A stretch of 64,000 nt of DNA, from contig CAWGBN010000006.1 of NCBI GenBank assembly GCA_963820825.1, positions 160,001-224,000 of the forward strand, written 5' to 3'. A program made the translations under genes and the position numbers. Shown in pieces: positions 49,677-59,484 of this stretch. Each line of letters starts with the position of its first letter. Position 1 is the first letter of the stretch. The notes beneath the pieces were generated by a model that did no database searches, was not told the origin of the DNA, and was given only the letters and a program-made list of their open reading frames with translations. The DNA is from Vulcanimicrobiota bacterium (GTDB lineage Bacteria > Vulcanimicrobiota > Vulcanimicrobiia > Vulcanimicrobiales > Vulcanimicrobiaceae).

Positions 49677-50446
49677 GCCGGCTGCCGGACCGGTTCGAGC
49701 ATCTCGCGCGCGAGCGCGAGGTAGGCCTGCGCGCCGCGGCTCTTCGGATCGAAGAGAATCGCCGGTTTGCCGTAGGAGGGCGCCTCCGAGAGGCGCACGT
49801 TTCGCGGAATCTGCGTCTTGAAAATCTGCTGCGGAAAGTACTTCTCGAGCTCGCGAATGACTTCCATCGCCAGCCGCGTCCGTCCGTCGAACATGGTGAC
49901 GAGCACGCCGCTGACGTGCAATCCCGGATTGAGCGCGTCGCGCACGCGCCAAATCACTCCGGTAAGCTGAGCGAGCCCTTCCAGCGCGTAGAATTCCGCT
50001 TGTACCGGAATGATGCACTCGTCCGCCGCGGTGAGCGCATTGATCGTCAAAAGCCCAAGCGACGGCGGCGAATCGAGCAGCACGAAATCGTAGCGATCCC
50101 TCATTGATGCGAGTGCCTGTCGCAGACGCGTTTCGCGGCTGAGCGCCGCGACGAGCTCGACGTCGGCTCCGGCGAGATTGATCGTCGCGGGGGCGAGCGA
50201 CAAGTTCTCGATCTCCGTGGGCACGACGATCTCTTCGAGCGGAACCTCTTGCATCAGCACGTGATAGATGTCGTGCGCCAAGCGCGTTTTGTCGATGCCG
50301 AAACCGGTCGTGGTATTCCCTTGCGGATCCGTATCGATGACGAGCACGCGCTTTCCGTTCACCGCGAGCGCGGCGCCGAGATTGACGGCGGTCGTGCTCT
50401 TCCCGACACCGCCCTTTTGATTCACGAGCGCGATGATGCGGCTCAG
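49673..50446 (-). CDS. parA: ParA/Soj ATPase (probable CTG start)
   Basis: NQKGGVGKST, IDTDPQGN, DSPPSLG, PVQAEFYALEG and IPRNVRLSEAPSYG motifs. Confidence 0.96.
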   Translation of the reverse strand: MSRIIALVNQKGGVGKSTTAVNLGAALAVNGKRVLVIDTDPQGNTTTGFGIDKTRLAHDIYHVLMQEVPLEEIVVPTEIENLSLAPATINLAGADVELVAALSRETRLRQALASMRDRYDFVLLDSPPSLGLLTINALTAADECIIPVQAEFYALEGLAQLTGVIWRVRDALNPGLHVSGVLVTMFDGRTRLAMEVIRELEKYFPQQIFKTQIPRNVRLSEAPSYGKPAILFDPKSRGAQAYLALAREMLEPVRQPA

Positions 50447-51843
50447 TTCGTTTCTCCTGCGCGTTGCAACGCGGCGGTATCGAGATACTGCTCGAGGAGC
50501 TCGAGCAGCAACGACCGCTCGTTACGTTCGGGTTCATCGGTGACCTGCTCGAAAAGCCAGCGCAACGCCGCACCGATGCGCTCGTCGCCGTTGAAATCGG
50601 TAGGAGCTTCGCCGCGTGCAACGAGCGTGGCGATGACGTCATCGCCGCTGACCGCAAGCTCGCGGATCGAAAAGGCCGGCTTACGCGCGAGTTCGTCGCG
50701 GACGCGCGCCTCGAAGGCCTCGTTGGAACCGTCGCGCTTCGGCAGACCGCTGCCAGCGATGTCCGCGTGCCGAATATCGAACAAGTGTTCGATATTCTCC
50801 GGTCCCACGCGTTGGATGAAGCGACGGAGCGCTGCGTCGCTTAATCCCGGATCGGCCGAGTACATGTGCTGACGAACCAGGTGCTCGGTTGCTTTAACGA
50901 TCTCGTTCGAGAAGCGGAAGCGCTCGAGCATCGCGCGCGCCATCTCGGAGCCCACGATCTCGTGGCGATAGAAGTGTGGTCCCGCCTTCGTGCGGGGCTT
51001 GCCGACGTCGTGCAGGAGCGCCGCGAGCCGGACGGCGAGCGCTCCGGAAGGAGCGGCGTCGAGGGTAGCCAGGCTATGCCGCCAGACGTCGTAGGCGTGC
51101 CACTCGTTCTGCTCGACCCCGACCCCTTCGACGAGCTCGGGCCAGAGATGGACCAGCACCCCGGTCTGCTCGAGCAGCAGCAAGCCGATCGATGGCCTCT
51201 TAGCTTGAAAGAGCTTCACCAGCTCGTCGTGGACTCGCTCAGCCGAGACGCTCGCGACCAGGGGCGCCGCCTCGCGCATCGCCTGCGCAAGGTCCGGCGT
51301 GACCTCGTATTCGAACCGGGCGGCAAACTGCGCGGCCCGCAGCATCCGCAGCGGATCGTCGCGAAAGGCCGCCGGCGTCAAGATGTCGATACGGCGCGCG
51401 CGGATATCCGCCTCGCCGCCGTACGGGTCGACGAGCCGGCCCGACGGAATCGCCCGGGCGAGCATATTCATGCGGAAGTCGCGCCGGCCGAGATCCTCGT
51501 CGAGGGTGACCTCGGGTCCGCTCTCGACGGCAAAATCGCGATGACCGAGGCCGGTCGAACGCTCCCGCCGCGGCATCGCGACGTCGACGGTCTGGCCGTC
51601 GAGGGTCAACTTGAGGACGGAGAAGGAGGCGCCGACCACGTCGACCCGCCCGATCTCGCGCAACCGTCCGATGAGATCGTCGAGCGGCAAGCCGACCACG
51701 ACGTAGTCCCAGTCGACCGCCGGTGCTTCGACGCCCTCGAGCTCGGCCCGGATCTCGTCGCGAACGCGGCCGCCGACGGCATAGAGGCGGCCGTCGGGGA
51801 GCGCTTCTGCCAGACGCGCGTCAATTGGCGATAGTCGCTGCAT
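50443..51843 (-). CDS. CCA tRNA nucleotidyltransferase / poly(A) polymerase family with HD domain
   Basis: VGGRVRD, DWD, EDLGRRDFRMN, FRDDPLRMLRAAQF and LLHDVGKP motifs. Confidence 0.92.
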   Translation of the reverse strand: MQRLSPIDARLAEALPDGRLYAVGGRVRDEIRAELEGVEAPAVDWDYVVVGLPLDDLIGRLREIGRVDVVGASFSVLKLTLDGQTVDVAMPRRERSTGLGHRDFAVESGPEVTLDEDLGRRDFRMNMLARAIPSGRLVDPYGGEADIRARRIDILTPAAFRDDPLRMLRAAQFAARFEYEVTPDLAQAMREAAPLVASVSAERVHDELVKLFQAKRPSIGLLLLEQTGVLVHLWPELVEGVGVEQNEWHAYDVWRHSLATLDAAPSGALAVRLAALLHDVGKPRTKAGPHFYRHEIVGSEMARAMLERFRFSNEIVKATEHLVRQHMYSADPGLSDAALRRFIQRVGPENIEHLFDIRHADIAGSGLPKRDGSNEAFEARVRDELARKPAFSIRELAVSGDDVIATLVARGEAPTDFNGDERIGAALRWLFEQVTDEPERNERSLLLELLEQYLDTAALQRAGETN

Positions 51844-51868
51844 GCGGTCTCATCGTACCGCACCGAAT

Positions 51869-51884
51869 TGTTTCACGGTAAACA
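51869..51884. promoter_or_regulatory. parS-like site 1
   Basis: TGTTTCACGGTAAACA, 2 mismatches to TGTTTCACGTGAAACA; about 1.4 kb from parA. Confidence 0.8.
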
Positions 51885-52231
51885 TTTCGGCAAGTATCGC
51901 TGCGCGCCACGTACGCTTCGGGGTAGGCTTGGTTTAGTGAGCAAGCAATTTAGCCCTGGCCCGAGCCTGTTCACCGTAGTCGTCCTTGGCTTGCGGGATC
52001 CACGCTACTGAGCGCCGGCTTTCTCATCGCAGCCTACGGAAGAGGCGCTTGGTTTGGAATCGGCCTTACGATGCTCTTGTTTGGCTTCTTGCTATTCCTT
52101 GCGGCGATTATAACGCTGCTCGCCTTGCCGTGAGCCTGTTTAGGAGCTAGGCGATGCGGACGCCGATCCTATCGCGGGAGCTGAAATACGCGTTCGTGAC
52201 CTGTGCGAGTTCGCCGGCACAACCACTGCGC

Positions 52232-52247
52232 TGTTTCACGGTAAACA
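52232..52247. promoter_or_regulatory. parS-like site 2
   Basis: Identical 16-mer with the same 3' flank TTTCGG. Confidence 0.8.
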
Positions 52248-52262
52248 TTTCGGTAATGCCCG

Positions 52263-52946
52263 TCAGGAGCAGAGCGGGCGCTTTGCCGGGATGCCGCTCC
52301 GGCGCGGGAATCGCGCGGAGGTCGGGGTGCGCTTTCGGAGCAGAACGAGCCGGCGGTTCCCTTCGAGCGGGACCTGCGCCTCAAGCGTTCCGCCCAGCAT
52401 CAGCGACGCATCCTCGAGAGCGATCTCCTCGTCGGCAGCGAGGATCCCCCGCTGCAAGACCGCGACTCCGCCCAGTTCCAAAAAGGGCAGCACGAGCTCG
52501 GCGAGGGTCGGCGCGCCGCCGAGCGCGCGCGCCGTCGCGACAGAGAAACCTTCGCGCAGGTCGGGACGGTGCGCCGCGGTCTCGGCCCGTTCGGCGACGA
52601 CCCGGCCGGCCAGGTTCAGTTCTTCGAGCAGCGACTCCAGGAATCGCGCCTTCTTCGCGGTCGCCTCGACGAGCGTGACGCCGAATCCGGTTGCAATCGC
52701 TATCGGGATCCCCGGCAGGCCGGCTCCCGAGCCGACGTCGAGATAGGGCTCGCGGACGAATGGGAGGACGGTCAGGCTATCGAGCAGATGCTCCGCGAGC
52801 TCGCCGGCGCTCTTCGCTCCGGTCACGTTGAAGCGGCGGTTCGCCGCGAGGACGAGCTCGCCGTAGCGCGCGAGCCGGCCCCGGAGGTTCGAGGCGACGC
52901 CGCCCCGCTCGAGCAGCGCTTCGAGCTGCGATGCCTCGGCGGTCAA
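52263..52946 (-). CDS. rsmG: 16S rRNA m7G527 methyltransferase
   Basis: FNVTG, HLLDSL, LDVGSGAGLPGIP, RAE, ATARA and FPRRSGIP motifs. Confidence 0.95.
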   Translation of the reverse strand: MTAEASQLEALLERGGVASNLRGRLARYGELVLAANRRFNVTGAKSAGELAEHLLDSLTVLPFVREPYLDVGSGAGLPGIPIAIATGFGVTLVEATAKKARFLESLLEELNLAGRVVAERAETAAHRPDLREGFSVATARALGGAPTLAELVLPFLELGGVAVLQRGILAADEEIALEDASLMLGGTLEAQVPLEGNRRLVLLRKRTPTSARFPRRSGIPAKRPLCS

Positions 52947-52948
52947 GC

Positions 52949-54805
52949 TCAGGCGCCGGAAGCGGCTTCGCGCCTCTGCTTGTGGACGTAGAGGGCGACG
53001 ATCGCGACGTCGGAGGGCGTGATCCCGGAGATTCGCGAGGCGATGCCGAGCGTTCGAGGGCGCCGGCTCGCGAACTTCTCGCGCGCTTCGCGCGAGAGCG
53101 CCCGAATCGATTCGTAATCGAATTCCATGGGAATCTCGACCTGCTCGGTCCGGGCGGCTCTCTCGATGGCGAGCTCCTCGCGCCGCACGTACCCTTCGCA
53201 CTTGAGCTCGATCGCGAGCCGCTCGCCGATCTCCGCGGGGAGCGGCGGGGCGAAATGCTCGGCGACGTCGGGGTAGCCGAGCTGCGGGCGGCGCAACGCA
53301 TCGGCCAGCGTGCTCCCAGGCTCGAATCGCTCGCCGCCGGCGGCGGCGCCCGAAAGGCGCGTGCGCTCGGCTTGCGTGCGTGCGTTGCGAAGCGCCGCGC
53401 GGCGTTCTTCGAAGGCCTCCCAGGCATCGTCGGCAACGACCCCGATCGAGCGGCCGATCGGGGTGAGTCGCAGATCGGCATTGTCGTGGCGCAGGACGAT
53501 GCGGTGCTCCGCGCGCGAGGTCAGCATCCGGTACGGTTCGTCGACGCCTTTGGTAACCAGATCGTCGACGAGCACGCCGATATAGGCCTGCGCGCGCGAG
53601 AGGCGAAGCGGTTCCTCCCCGCGCGCGGCGCGTGCCGCATTGATTCCGGCGAGCAAGCCTTGCGCCGCGGCCTCTTCGTATCCCGAGGTGCCGTTGAGCT
53701 GGCCGCAGTGGTAGAGCCCGGCGATGCGACGCGTCTCGAGCGTCTCGTGCAGCTCGGTGGGCGGTACCATGTCGTATTCGACGGCATAACCGGCGCGCAG
53801 CATGACGCAGGCCTCGAGTCCCGGCAGCGTCTGAAGCATTGCGAGTTGGATCTCGGCCGGAAGCGACGTCGAAAAGCCGCCGACGTAGAGCGTCGGCTCG
53901 TCCCAGCCCTCCGGCTCGATGAAGATCTGGTGGGTCGGATTGTGTGCGAACTTGACGACCTTATCTTCGATCGAGGGACAGTAGCGCGGACCGATCCCCC
54001 GAATTAAATCGAGCCCGTAAAGCGGCGAACGATGCAGATTCTCGGCGACGAGGGCGTGGGTTCGGGCGTTGGTCTCGGTGAGGTAACAGGGAAGCTGCGG
54101 GCCGGCGAAGCGCGACGGGCTCGTGTAGGAGAAGAGCAGCGGCTCGGAACTAGGCGGCTGAGCGCGCATCGCGCCGTAATCGACGCTCGTCTTGTCGATG
54201 CGCGGCGGCGTTCCGGTCTTGAGCCTGGCAGTTGGAAATCCCAAGCGGCGCAGCGCGGCCGATAAGCCGATCGCGGGGGCTTCGCCAAAGCGCCCCTCGG
54301 CGCGCACGAGCTCGCCTTGGAAGGACTTCCCTCCTAAAAAGGTGCCGGTGGCCAACACGACGCTCCTCGAGCGCAGGCGCGCGCCGTCGGCGCAGCGGAG
54401 GCCGCGAACGGCCCCGCCTTCGACGATGAGATCTTCGGCAAGCCCTTGGACGATGGTCAGATTCGGCTGCGCGCGCAGCATCGCGAGCGCTTCGCTCGCG
54501 TACGACGGTTTGTCCATCTGCTGGCGCAGCGCGCGTACTGCCGGGCCTTTGCTTTCGTTCAAGAATCGAGCGTGGAGGCTACAGCGGTCGGCGATTCTCG
54601 CCATCGCGCCGCCGAGCGCATCGATTTCGCGTACGAGTTGCCCTTTTGCGCTGCCGCCGATCGACGGATTGCAGGGCAGCGTGCAGATCTTTGCCGGATC
54701 GCCGGTAACGAGCAGCGTCGGTACGCCCAGACGTGCCGACGCAAGTGCGGCTTCGACGCCGGCATGACCGCCGCCGACGACGATCGTGCCGGCGTCGTCG
54801 CTCAC
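52949..54805 (-). CDS. mnmG: tRNA uridine 5-carboxymethylaminomethyl modification enzyme
   Basis: [38 protein letters not shown] and [16 protein letters not shown] motifs. Confidence 0.98.
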   Translation of the reverse strand: MSDDAGTIVVGGGHAGVEAALASARLGVPTLLVTGDPAKICTLPCNPSIGGSAKGQLVREIDALGGAMARIADRCSLHARFLNESKGPAVRALRQQMDKPSYASEALAMLRAQPNLTIVQGLAEDLIVEGGAVRGLRCADGARLRSRSVVLATGTFLGGKSFQGELVRAEGRFGEAPAIGLSAALRRLGFPTARLKTGTPPRIDKTSVDYGAMRAQPPSSEPLLFSYTSPSRFAGPQLPCYLTETNARTHALVAENLHRSPLYGLDLIRGIGPRYCPSIEDKVVKFAHNPTHQIFIEPEGWDEPTLYVGGFSTSLPAEIQLAMLQTLPGLEACVMLRAGYAVEYDMVPPTELHETLETRRIAGLYHCGQLNGTSGYEEAAAQGLLAGINAARAARGEEPLRLSRAQAYIGVLVDDLVTKGVDEPYRMLTSRAEHRIVLRHDNADLRLTPIGRSIGVVADDAWEAFEERRAALRNARTQAERTRLSGAAAGGERFEPGSTLADALRRPQLGYPDVAEHFAPPLPAEIGERLAIELKCEGYVRREELAIERAARTEQVEIPMEFDYESIRALSREAREKFASRRPRTLGIASRISGITPSDVAIVALYVHKQRREAASGA

Positions 54806-54806
54806 G

Positions 54807-55367
54807 TCAGGTCGTCGCCGGCGATTGCGCGTGACTGCGCAAGCGCAGCGCGAAGCCGATCATGATCGAGCCGAAGACGATCGCGTAGGCGGCGATGAGC
54901 CAGATGACCGCGAGCATGCCGGCGAGTGGAAACCAGACCATCAGCACGCCGAATGCAATCGAGGCCACGCCGCCGATGATCAGCCAGATTTCGTTCGAGA
55001 TATGCTTGCGCAACTGGATTGCGGCAACGATCTCGAGGATTCCGGTGAGAAACGCCCAGGCCGCGATCGTAAAGTAGAGCGCTAAGAGCGTGATCCGAAC
55101 GTCGTAGAAAGTAATCGCCGCGATCAAAAGGCCGACGATTCCCTCGACCAAAAACGGCCACCACCGCTGGTGCGTTTCGGCCGCGCGAATCGTCGCGTAG
55201 ATCGCGAAGATCCCGTCGACGAATGCGTACGCCCCGAAGAGAATCGCGATCGTCACCCACGTCGCCGCGGGCCAGATCCACGCCAGGACGCCGAAGACGA
55301 TCGCGGCGATCCCGCGGATGAGCCACATCCACCAGTTACGCGTCAGCGTTGCGACCATCGGGTGCAT
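54807..55367 (-). CDS. HdeD/DUF308 family membrane protein
   Basis: [25 protein letters not shown] and [13 protein letters not shown] motifs; six TM helices. Confidence 0.9.
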   Translation of the reverse strand: MHPMVATLTRNWWMWLIRGIAAIVFGVLAWIWPAATWVTIAILFGAYAFVDGIFAIYATIRAAETHQRWWPFLVEGIVGLLIAAITFYDVRITLLALYFTIAAWAFLTGILEIVAAIQLRKHISNEIWLIIGGVASIAFGVLMVWFPLAGMLAVIWLIAAYAIVFGSIMIGFALRLRSHAQSPATT

Positions 55368-55377
55368 CGGCGCCGCG

Positions 55378-55743
55378 CTACTGGAGAACATTCCCGTTCT
55401 CCAAGTAGACTCGTTGGACCGTGCAGCGCTTCGGCGTCGGACCCTGCCAGGGCTGGCCTGTGAGCGAGTTGGTTAGATTGTGATTGATCTGCGAGCCGCG
55501 CGAAAACGTCCCTTTGTCGATGAGGACGTACTTCTGCTTGTTGTAGTTGACCATGAAGTCGACTTCGGTCGCGGGAGAGTCGTGCGTGTTGTAATAGACG
55601 ACGTTGATGCCGTTGGTCGTGTTGTTTCCGTTGGAGTTGACGACGCAACTCACGATATTGACGCCGAAATTCGATACGTTCTTCGCCGCCGCCGGGGCGG
55701 CGATGGCGCAGAGCGCAATGCAGGCCAAGAGTGCTCGTTTCAT
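55378..55743 (-). CDS. Small secreted beta-rich protein with two Cys
   Basis: Signal peptide MKRALLACIALCAIAAPAAA; DKGTFS motif; probable disulfide. Confidence 0.75.
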   Translation of the reverse strand: MKRALLACIALCAIAAPAAAKNVSNFGVNIVSCVVNSNGNNTTNGINVVYYNTHDSPATEVDFMVNYNKQKYVLIDKGTFSRGSQINHNLTNSLTGQPWQGPTPKRCTVQRVYLENGNVLQ

Positions 55744-55757
55744 GCTAGGCAGCCTCC

Positions 55758-57110
55758 TTATTTTCCGATGCAAAATCGCGAAAAAATTCCATCGATGACC
55801 TCTTCGGCGGCTACCTGCTCGCTTACATGCCCGAGCGCCGAAAATGCGCGCTGCAGTTCGGTCGTCACAAAATCGAGAGGCTCGCGCGAGCGCAAGGTCT
55901 CACACGCGCGTTGGAGCGCATCGATCGCCGCGTTTACCGCATCGAACTCGTGCAGCGCCGTGAGATGCGGGCGCGTTGCGTCGACCTCCTCACCGCCCCA
56001 TCCGATCCGGGCGATTGCCGCGCGCAGGGCGTCGAGCGTCGAGGCGCGCTGGACGCTCCCCACCACCGCATCGGCGTACTCGCGCGCGCCGCGCGTGCCG
56101 AGGTCGGCTTTGTTGAAGAAAACGATGCGTTCGCGCTCTCGCGTTCGATCGAGCAGCGCGAGGGCGTCGTCTCCCAGCGGCTGCGAGCCGTCGATAACGA
56201 GCAGCGCCACGCGGGCCGAGGCCAAGGCGCGATCGGTGCGCTCGATGCCGAGGGCCTCGAGCCGGTCGGCGTGAGCCCGAATTCCGGCGGTATCGATCAG
56301 CCGCACCGGTACGCCGCCGATGGCGATACTCTCCTCGATCGTGTCGCGGGTCGTCCCGGGCAGCTCCGAAACGATCGCGCGCTCGGCGCCGAGCAGCGCG
56401 TTGAGCAGCGAGGACTTGCCGGCATTCGGGGGGCCGACGATGGCGACCGGCAGCCCTTCGCGCACGAGGCGGCCGACCTCGCCGTCGCGGCGCAGCCGTT
56501 CGAGTTCAGAAAGAATTGGGGCGAGCCGTGCGGCGAGCGACTCGCGGTCCGGCTCGGGAACCTCATCGGGAAAGTCGATCGTGCCGGCGAGCTCTTCGAG
56601 GATCACCGCCAGATCGTTGCGCAGCTCCCGCACCCGCTTGGCCAGCGCGCCGTCGAAATTGGCCAACGCCGCGCGCGCGGCCGCGCGCGTCTCGGCGTCG
56701 ATGACGTCGGCGACTGCGGCCGCGGCGTGCAAGTCGATCTTGCCGTTGAAGAATGCCCGGCGGGTGAACTCGCCGGGCTGCGCGAGGCGCGCTCCGCAGG
56801 CCAGCATCGCGCGCACGAGCTCGCGGGCCACCACCGGCGAGCCGTGGACGTGCAGCTCGAGCATATCCTCGCCGGTGTAACTCTGCGGCGCCTCAAAGAG
56901 AATCGCGAGTCCGGCATCGAGCGGCTCGCCGCGCTCGTCGAGAATCGTCGCGCGGGTCGCGACGCGCGCGTGCAACGGATGATTCGTTCGAATTAAACGG
57001 CGCGCGAGCTCGGGCACCGCCGGCCCGCTCGCGCGCACGATGGAGATCGCACCCTTTCCCGGCGGCGTCGCGATCGCCGCAATGGTCTCGGTTGCCGCTG
57101 GGCGGCTCAA
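55758..57110 (-). CDS. mnmE: tRNA modification GTPase
   Basis: TIAAIATP, SYTGED, GEFTRRAF.NGK, GPPNAGKSSLLN, GTTRD and DTAG motifs; C-terminal FCIGK. Confidence 0.97.
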   Translation of the reverse strand: MSRPAATETIAAIATPPGKGAISIVRASGPAVPELARRLIRTNHPLHARVATRATILDERGEPLDAGLAILFEAPQSYTGEDMLELHVHGSPVVARELVRAMLACGARLAQPGEFTRRAFFNGKIDLHAAAAVADVIDAETRAAARAALANFDGALAKRVRELRNDLAVILEELAGTIDFPDEVPEPDRESLAARLAPILSELERLRRDGEVGRLVREGLPVAIVGPPNAGKSSLLNALLGAERAIVSELPGTTRDTIEESIAIGGVPVRLIDTAGIRAHADRLEALGIERTDRALASARVALLVIDGSQPLGDDALALLDRTRERERIVFFNKADLGTRGAREYADAVVGSVQRASTLDALRAAIARIGWGGEEVDATRPHLTALHEFDAVNAAIDALQRACETLRSREPLDFVTTELQRAFSALGHVSEQVAAEEVIDGIFSRFCIGK

Positions 57111-57733
57111 TCCCGCGGGAAGATGACGACTCGCCGCTCGGGCTCCTCTCCTTCGGATTCGGTGCGTACGAGTTCCGAGCTCGCCAGGGCGAGATGGACG
57201 ATCTTGCGTTCCGAGGGAAGCATCGGTTCGAGCTTCTGCGGCTTGCGCTCGCGCACGCATCGATCGAGCGTCGCGAGTGCGAGACTCTTGAGCTGATCGG
57301 CGCGATGCGCGCGGTAACCCTCGGCATCGATCGTATAGTAGCGGCGGTTGTTGCGCACGCCGGCATTGAACGAGTTGTTGAAAATGAGATTGAGCGCTTC
57401 GAGCGTGTTGCCGTGGCGCCCGATCAACATGGCCAGATGGGGACCGGTGACCTCGAGGTACTCCCCCTCGGTCCGATTGACGTAGCCGATCTCGACGGGT
57501 CCGATACCCATGCGCATCAGAATCTCCCGCAGCAGATCGCTTGCGGGCTTGGCGTCCTCTGGAATCTCACCAACCTCGCGTACTTCGGAGTTTCCGCGGC
57601 GCGGCTCGCGCCGGCGGCGCATTCCGCCCCCGCGTCCGCCGCCCGGCCGCCCGCCTCCCGGCCGGCCGCCGATGGTGCGATCCCGCACGTCGGCGGGCTG
57701 TTCTTCGAACTCGAAATCGTCTTCGTAGAGCAT
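57107..57733 (-). CDS. jag: Jag/KhpB (EloR) KH-R3H RNA-binding protein
   Basis: LIGRHGNTLEAL (KH); LEPMLPSERKIVH and SEGEEPERRVVI (R3H). Confidence 0.9.
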   Translation of the reverse strand: MLYEDDFEFEEQPADVRDRTIGGRPGGGRPGGGRGGGMRRRREPRRGNSEVREVGEIPEDAKPASDLLREILMRMGIGPVEIGYVNRTEGEYLEVTGPHLAMLIGRHGNTLEALNLIFNNSFNAGVRNNRRYYTIDAEGYRAHRADQLKSLALATLDRCVRERKPQKLEPMLPSERKIVHLALASSELVRTESEGEEPERRVVIFPRD

Positions 57734-57746
57734 CTATCGACCCTTA

Positions 57747-58616
57747 TTAACGCTTATTGCGGCGCTTCGAGCGGCCCGACTGCGGCGGCTTCGGCTTCGC
57801 GACGCCGTTGTTGCTGGGCGAGGCTTTCGTCAGCGCCTTTGGTGATGAACCGCCCGGCCCCGTCTCGGTGAGCACGTGCTCGCTGTCGATCAACGCGAGC
57901 GGCTGATGGTAGCGGCGCAGCAAATAGAACTGCTGCCCCATCGTAAAGATATTGTACGCGAACCAGTAGAGCACCATCGCCGACGGCCAGCCGTATCGCC
58001 ATCCGAGAAAGCCGAGCATGACGGGCGAGATGACCGCCATCATCCGCTGCGTCTGCGCCTGCTGCGGATCGGTCGCCGGCATGCTGACGTAACGAACGCT
58101 CAAATACATCGAGAGCGCATAGAAGAGAATCAAGATCAAGTCCGGCATCGCGAGGCTTGCGGCGAGCAGCGGCTTGCCGAAGATGACCGGAACCGAGACC
58201 GATTTCGAGATGGCGCTGCCGATCCAGAACCAGCTCTGGTTCGAGAAGAGCGACTTGTGGTTGAGGACGACGTAGTAGACGCTGATGATCACCGGGTACT
58301 GAACGAGCATCGGCCAGCACCCGGCGAACGGATTGACGTTGTGCTGTTTGTAGAGCGTCATCGTCTCGGCTTGGAGGCGCTGCTTATCGTCCTTGTAGCG
58401 TTCTTGCAGCTTTTTGAGCTGCGGTCCCACCTTCTGCATCGCGAGAAACGACTTGAACTGCAGCGTGTTGAGCGGCCAGAAGAGCAGGCGAATGAGCGCC
58501 GCGAGAATGATGAGGCTCCAGCCGAGGTTGTGAATCGGCTTGTCGATCGTGAGAACGACCGACGAGAGAAAGTCGACGATCGGCTGCAGCCACGACGCGG
58601 CAAGAATCAGATGCAA
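57747..58616 (-). CDS. yidC: YidC/Oxa1 membrane protein insertase
   Basis: [32 protein letters not shown] and LYW motifs. Confidence 0.95.
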   Translation of the reverse strand: MHLILAASWLQPIVDFLSSVVLTIDKPIHNLGWSLIILAALIRLLFWPLNTLQFKSFLAMQKVGPQLKKLQERYKDDKQRLQAETMTLYKQHNVNPFAGCWPMLVQYPVIISVYYVVLNHKSLFSNQSWFWIGSAISKSVSVPVIFGKPLLAASLAMPDLILILFYALSMYLSVRYVSMPATDPQQAQTQRMMAVISPVMLGFLGWRYGWPSAMVLYWFAYNIFTMGQQFYLLRRYHQPLALIDSEHVLTETGPGGSSPKALTKASPSNNGVAKPKPPQSGRSKRRNKR

Positions 58617-58858
58617 GAGTGGGTTCCTTTACGAGGTGCGCTCCTCGGCGCGGGAACGAGGTCGACGCCGCCGGGATTCCAAGGATGGCAGCGAGCGAGG
58701 CGCGCGGCGGCCAGCCAGACCCCTCGGATGGGACCGTGATCGCGGATCGCGACGAGCGCGTACTGGGAGCAGGACGGATAAAAACGGCACGACGGCGGCA
58801 AGAGGGGAGAGAGAAGGAGTTGGTAGAGCCGGATCAGACCGGCGAAGAGCAGCCGCAT
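58607..58858 (-). CDS. yidD: Membrane protein insertion efficiency factor
   Basis: [17 protein letters not shown] and [11 protein letters not shown] motifs. Confidence 0.96.
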   Translation of the reverse strand: MRLLFAGLIRLYQLLLSPLLPPSCRFYPSCSQYALVAIRDHGPIRGVWLAAARLARCHPWNPGGVDLVPAPRSAPRKGTHSCI

Positions 58859-58865
58859 CGAGCGG

Positions 58866-59192
58866 TCAGGCTCGTTCGAGGGCCGAGCCGACCTCGGCTC
58901 GGAGAACGGCGAAGCCCGCCTCGGCCGCCCCGGGGCGCGCAACGACGAGCAGGCGCATCGAGGCGTGCTGCCCGAGCGCTTCATCGACGATAGCCGCCAG
59001 GCGGCGGCGGAGCTTATTGCGGATGACGGCCTTTCCGATCGACTTGCTGACCGTGATCCCAACCAGCGACGTGGGGTCGCTCGGAAGCGGATCACTGCGA
59101 TAAATGACGAGGCTTTTGGTCGATACGCGCTTCCCTCGCCGGCGCAAGCGGGCAAAGTCCGCTTGGCGGTTCAAGCTCGCGAAGCGGCGCAT
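58866..59192 (-). CDS. rnpA: Ribonuclease P protein component
   Basis: [22 protein letters not shown] motif. Confidence 0.95.
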   Translation of the reverse strand: MRRFASLNRQADFARLRRRGKRVSTKSLVIYRSDPLPSDPTSLVGITVSKSIGKAVIRNKLRRRLAAIVDEALGQHASMRLLVVARPGAAEAGFAVLRAEVGSALERA

Positions 59193-59326
59193 CAGACCGT
59201 CAGACGATGACGTCCCTTCTTCCGGCGGCGTGCGAGGACCTTACGTCCCGCCTTGGTTTGCATACGTTCGAGGAAGCCGTGCACGCGTTTGCGGCGTCGA
59301 TTATGCGGCTGATACGTCCGCTTCAT
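59192..59326 (-). CDS. rpmH: 50S ribosomal protein L34 (not in ORF track)
   Basis: [44 protein letters not shown]. Confidence 0.98.
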   Translation of the reverse strand: MKRTYQPHNRRRKRVHGFLERMQTKAGRKVLARRRKKGRHRLTV

Positions 59327-59381
59327 AAAGTCCCTTTAGACAAAAGAGTAAGCCCTGCACCTTCGTGGCAGACAGCCCCTG

Positions 59382-59411
59382 ATTATAGCCAGCGGGCCGT
59401 CGGGGGCGCAA
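59382..59411 (-). promoter_or_regulatory. Sigma70-type promoter of the rpmH operon
   Basis: Minus strand TTGCGC-18 bp-TATAAT, about 55 nt upstream of rpmH. Confidence 0.65.
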
Positions 59412-59484
59412 GCACCCCGCGCGGAAGGCGCCTAGAATACGAAGGCGGGGATGCGCCCGGAGGTCGCCGTAACTTGCTGAAGTT

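Noticed and set aside
51890..52230. Protein-coding gene between the parS sites
   Set aside because: No convincing ORF with a start and RBS; appears non-coding.
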